Assembly: GCA_019058365.1 (NCBI GenBank)
Contig: JAHPZE010000002.1
Span: 266,991-330,990 of the forward strand
Source of the DNA: Promethearchaeota archaeon
GTDB lineage: Archaea > Asgardarchaeota > Lokiarchaeia > Sigyniarchaeales > SOKP01
DNA length: 64,000 bases
Reading direction: 5' to 3'
Made by a program: the position numbers and the translations under genes. The notes under the pieces were generated by a model that worked only from the letters and a program-made list of their open reading frames with translations, did no database searches and had not been told where the DNA came from. Below are positions 61,217-64,000 of the stretch, piece after piece; within the stretch, counting starts at the first letter, position 1, and each line of letters starts with the position of its first letter.

Positions 61217-62353
61217 CTAATTTTTAATTTTAGATAATTTAGTGAATAATTCCTCTTCCCTTGAAAGAATATATAGGGCAATATTATGCAATTCATCAAT
61301 ATCAATATGGTTTAAGCAATCATCTTTATATTCATTCCCCGCTTTCTTCAAGGTTTCTGCTATTAGAGTCCAATTTTGAGCAGAATCACTTATTATGGGG
61401 ATAGTTTCTTCAAGAATACTGAATTCATCGGAATTCCATGTCTTAGGTCCTTCCCTAAGCTCAGGATGGGCTAATAATTCTTCTAAGAAATCCCTATAAA
61501 GCTTTCGGAATGCTCCTCCCCCTGTGCCCCATGTTTCGATGTATCCATAAATAAGTTCAAACATAAATCGCGCTAAGGATATATCAGTTCCTTTAGAGTT
61601 TTTTATTCTTTTATTTAATAAATCTCCCCATTTAAGTATAGAATTGGCAAAGCCCTTCAAACCTTGGATGCCATTATAGTTCATTGAAGGGCGAAGCATA
61701 TTATTCACAACTTTTTGAATAGCTAACTTAACTCCTGCTGCTAATGGTGGATGTTTCCCATCGGGACGACGTGTCATCGAAAACTGAATATTGCTCGGAT
61801 GCATGAATTTTGGTCCATAGGTCGAATTCCTCGCTGTTTTAAGGATAGAAATAGGTACTTCTTGAAAGCCCTCAAATTCAGTATCTCCTATATAGGCTAC
61901 TCCTTTTTCCTCCTCATATCCACCTAAGGTTACTGCATGACCTCCAAAATGAGCTTGGTCAAATTCTTCATCGAAACTTTCGTAAGGCATGTATGCAATA
62001 TCAACTCTTAAAATTAATGGAATATCTTGGTCTAAAATCTTCTTAGATTCCTCCCAAGCTTTATCCATATTAGTGAAAGATTGCTTCCTAAGTATAATAC
62101 CTAATAATCGACATGCTAGGCTATTAGGTTCAATAATGCCTTGCTTTCCTCCTAAGAAGAAAGGGATGTTTGAATCAGGTATAAATGAGATTTGACCAGT
62201 AGTATCAAAAAAACCAAACCCCATTGTACCATCTAAACCAAATGCCATAGCCTCAGACATCGGAAATCCATAATACTCGAATAAATCCCTAAGTGAAGAT
62301 GACTCGCAGTGATAACCAATTCTATGTATAAAATTCTTAACTATATGTTTCAT
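61217..62353 (-). CDS. BtrH-like (papain-fold peptidase C39-like/DUF4872) protein
   Basis: HCESS...SEAM.FGL, HFGGH....GY, GTGG..FR..Y..FL. Confidence 0.75.
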   Translation of the reverse strand: MKHIVKNFIHRIGYHCESSSLRDLFEYYGFPMSEAMAFGLDGTMGFGFFDTTGQISFIPDSNIPFFLGGKQGIIEPNSLACRLLGIILRKQSFTNMDKAWEESKKILDQDIPLILRVDIAYMPYESFDEEFDQAHFGGHAVTLGGYEEEKGVAYIGDTEFEGFQEVPISILKTARNSTYGPKFMHPSNIQFSMTRRPDGKHPPLAAGVKLAIQKVVNNMLRPSMNYNGIQGLKGFANSILKWGDLLNKRIKNSKGTDISLARFMFELIYGYIETWGTGGGAFRKLYRDFLEELLAHPELREGPKTWNSDEFSILEETIPIISDSAQNWTLIAETLKKAGNEYKDDCLNHIDIDELHNIALYILSREEELFTKLSKIKN

Positions 62354-62979
62354 TTTTCCTCAACTTTATTTGGGTTATAATTACTAGGATCAATTTGATT
62401 CCGAACTCTTTTGATCTCCTCTAAAACTTTCTTTAAAAATTCTTCATCAGCTTCAAGGATTTTAATAGGGTGTATAAAGAGCCCTGTTACATTGATTGGC
62501 ATTTTTGAGAAATTGGATAACATTTCCTTTAACATAAATTTTAATCCCCTTCTGTGTTTCCTTACAATTTCTAAAGAATGGTTAAATACTTCAATTTGCT
62601 CTTCGGGACTCAGAATTGGAAACATTGAAAAAGCAACATAGAAGTCTTCATCATTTTTTCCTGTATAATTATATAAAACCTCGTAAACTTTAGTCCTCAA
62701 GACTTCATATCCATAATGCTTGATCTTATAGATTTTTCGAGTCCTACCATCTATTTCTTCTTCATAACTCTCTACTAATTCATCATTTTCTAGCCTTTCT
62801 AAAGTTCTATAAATTGTTGAAAATGAAAAATCAACTCCTATGTTCGTCCAATCCCGCATTCCTCTCTCTTCAATCCTTTTATTGATATCATACGCATGGC
62901 AACCACCTTCATGCATTTTCTCGTTAATTAAGCCCAATAAGACAAAAGCTCGATGTTTTAAGGTATAATCTTCAGTCAA
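62350..62979 (-). CDS. PadR family regulator
   Basis: LLGLI...HAYDI...STIYRTLERLE...RKIYKI. Confidence 0.85.
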   Translation of the reverse strand: MTEDYTLKHRAFVLLGLINEKMHEGGCHAYDINKRIEERGMRDWTNIGVDFSFSTIYRTLERLENDELVESYEEEIDGRTRKIYKIKHYGYEVLRTKVYEVLYNYTGKNDEDFYVAFSMFPILSPEEQIEVFNHSLEIVRKHRRGLKFMLKEMLSNFSKMPINVTGLFIHPIKILEADEEFLKKVLEEIKRVRNQIDPSNYNPNKVEEK

Positions 62980-63180
62980 GATTAATCAGTATTATTTGCA
63001 TTTTTAAATAATTGACAATATCACTGATATGAAAAATAGGAAAATTTCACATATAAATACTTGCAAAAAATAAAAAATGACAATATGTAAAAAAATATGA
63101 AAACTTGATATTGAAGGATGAAAATCCTTACTAAAGATGAATTATAATTATTTAATTAGTTATAATTTATCAAAACAATT

Positions 63181-63528
63181 TTGGGTGTCAAATATATGGA
63201 TATGAAGGAAATTATAAAAAATTGTCAATTAACTGAGCAAGAAATGAAGGAATTTTTACGATTAACAAAAGATATAAACCATAAAGAAGATCATCGTCGT
63301 GCTTATAGAACTATGATGAATCAAACGAGGAGAGAATTGCTAAAATTCATTGGAACCAATAAAAAATCATCTGAACAAATAATAAACAACTTTCTTGAAA
63401 TAAAAGATCAAATAAAATATCACTTATCAATGTTAGAGCAATTATTTTACATCATGAACACAGAAAGTGGTTGGAAAGCAACCCCAAGAGGAATTGGGTT
63501 TTTAAATAATGCAATAATGGGAGATTGA
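63181..63528 (+). CDS. ArsR-like winged-helix protein
   Basis: RRELLKFI...IKYHLSMLE...ATPRG. Confidence 0.65.
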   Translation: MGVKYMDMKEIIKNCQLTEQEMKEFLRLTKDINHKEDHRRAYRTMMNQTRRELLKFIGTNKKSSEQIINNFLEIKDQIKYHLSMLEQLFYIMNTESGWKATPRGIGFLNNAIMGD

Positions 63529-63550
63529 GTTTTAAAGGAGTTTTTCTTAT

Positions 63551-63900
63551 TTACTCCGCTTTTTCTACGTGGTTAAAATATTTTATGGGTCCTTTCTCAT
63601 TTTTCTTATGGAATTGCCCACCATATAGCTCAAACTCAGGAGCTCACTGAACTCATCTATAACCAGATTGAGAGTACCAATTTTCAAATGTTTTAAAAAT
63701 CTTAGGAAGTTTTGATAAAGGGGTTTCGACCACAGCATATATTTGAGCGGATACATTCCATATTATCATCCCTTCTGGAATATCTCCCTCACTTTCTATT
63801 TCAACTACCGCCAAATATTCCAGTTCATTTTTTTCCATATCAAAATTCCACATTATACCATTAGAATTTGCTAAACCCCATTCTTCTATATGGCTTAAAG
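63551..63900 (-). pseudogene. Degraded GyrI-like small-molecule-binding domain
   Basis: EYLAVVEI...IPEGM...YAV...WYSQSGYR*VQ*APEFELY; two in-frame stops and no intact N-terminus. Confidence 0.6.
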
Positions 63901-64000
63901 AGGCCTTTTTTTTTTTAATTTCAAGAGTAAATATAATAAAAATAAAGACAGTACCAAAGGATTTTAAAGTCTAAATCCCTTTAACTTGAATTAAATCTTA

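Noticed and set aside
2386-62641. Many short antisense or overlapping ORFs in the track (e.g. 2386, 3122, 14966, 22326, 28236, 30992, 57837, 60156)
   Set aside because: They lie inside well-supported genes on the opposite strand or in an alternate frame and have no recognisable motifs; shadow ORFs.
63644-63655. Two in-frame TGAs spaced like UxxU in the GyrI-like ORF
   Set aside because: GyrI-like domains have no Cys at these positions (CGA/GGA to TGA decay is likelier), the N-terminus is also lost, and I saw no SECIS-like element downstream. Treated as a pseudogene.
1-64000. tRNA, rRNA, transposase or integrase genes
   Set aside because: None recognised by eye; tRNAscan-SE or Infernal would be needed to exclude small RNAs.

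Overview
AT-rich archaeal genomic window, almost certainly from an Asgard (Lokiarchaeia-like) archaeon. It carries a eukaryote-like actin, a profilin-like domain, a small GTPase, an Smc5/6-like SMC operon and GGTGA-type Shine-Dalgarno sites. The first ~20 kb is mostly housekeeping: CoA-transferase, TatD, uxuA/uxuB, thymidylate synthase, prenol kinases, Maf, a RimK/MptN-like ligase and SMC-kleisin-KITE. The rest is an accessory stress/detox region: arsR/acr3, a CDF transporter, an ABC exporter, a ChlD/ChlH-CobN chelatase, methyltransferases, SIR2-TPR, PerR/peroxiredoxin and a PadR-led operon with three UvrA units. Two candidate undescribed systems stand out. (1) Two paralogous beta-grasp-like proteins beside the arsenic genes keep homologous, in-frame coding past a tandem TGA-TGA (one TGA aligns with Cys), and each is followed by a covarying eukaryote-type SECIS-like hairpin. 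They are probably tandem-selenocysteine proteins. (2) An actin gene (ATT start) shares an operon with a profilin-TrmB transcription factor fusion, and its promoter carries the same TTGTC-N10-GACAA palindrome found at the promoter of a profilin-less paralogue of that factor. This is a possible actin-sensing transcriptional feedback loop. All family calls come from motif recognition by eye; no searches were run.
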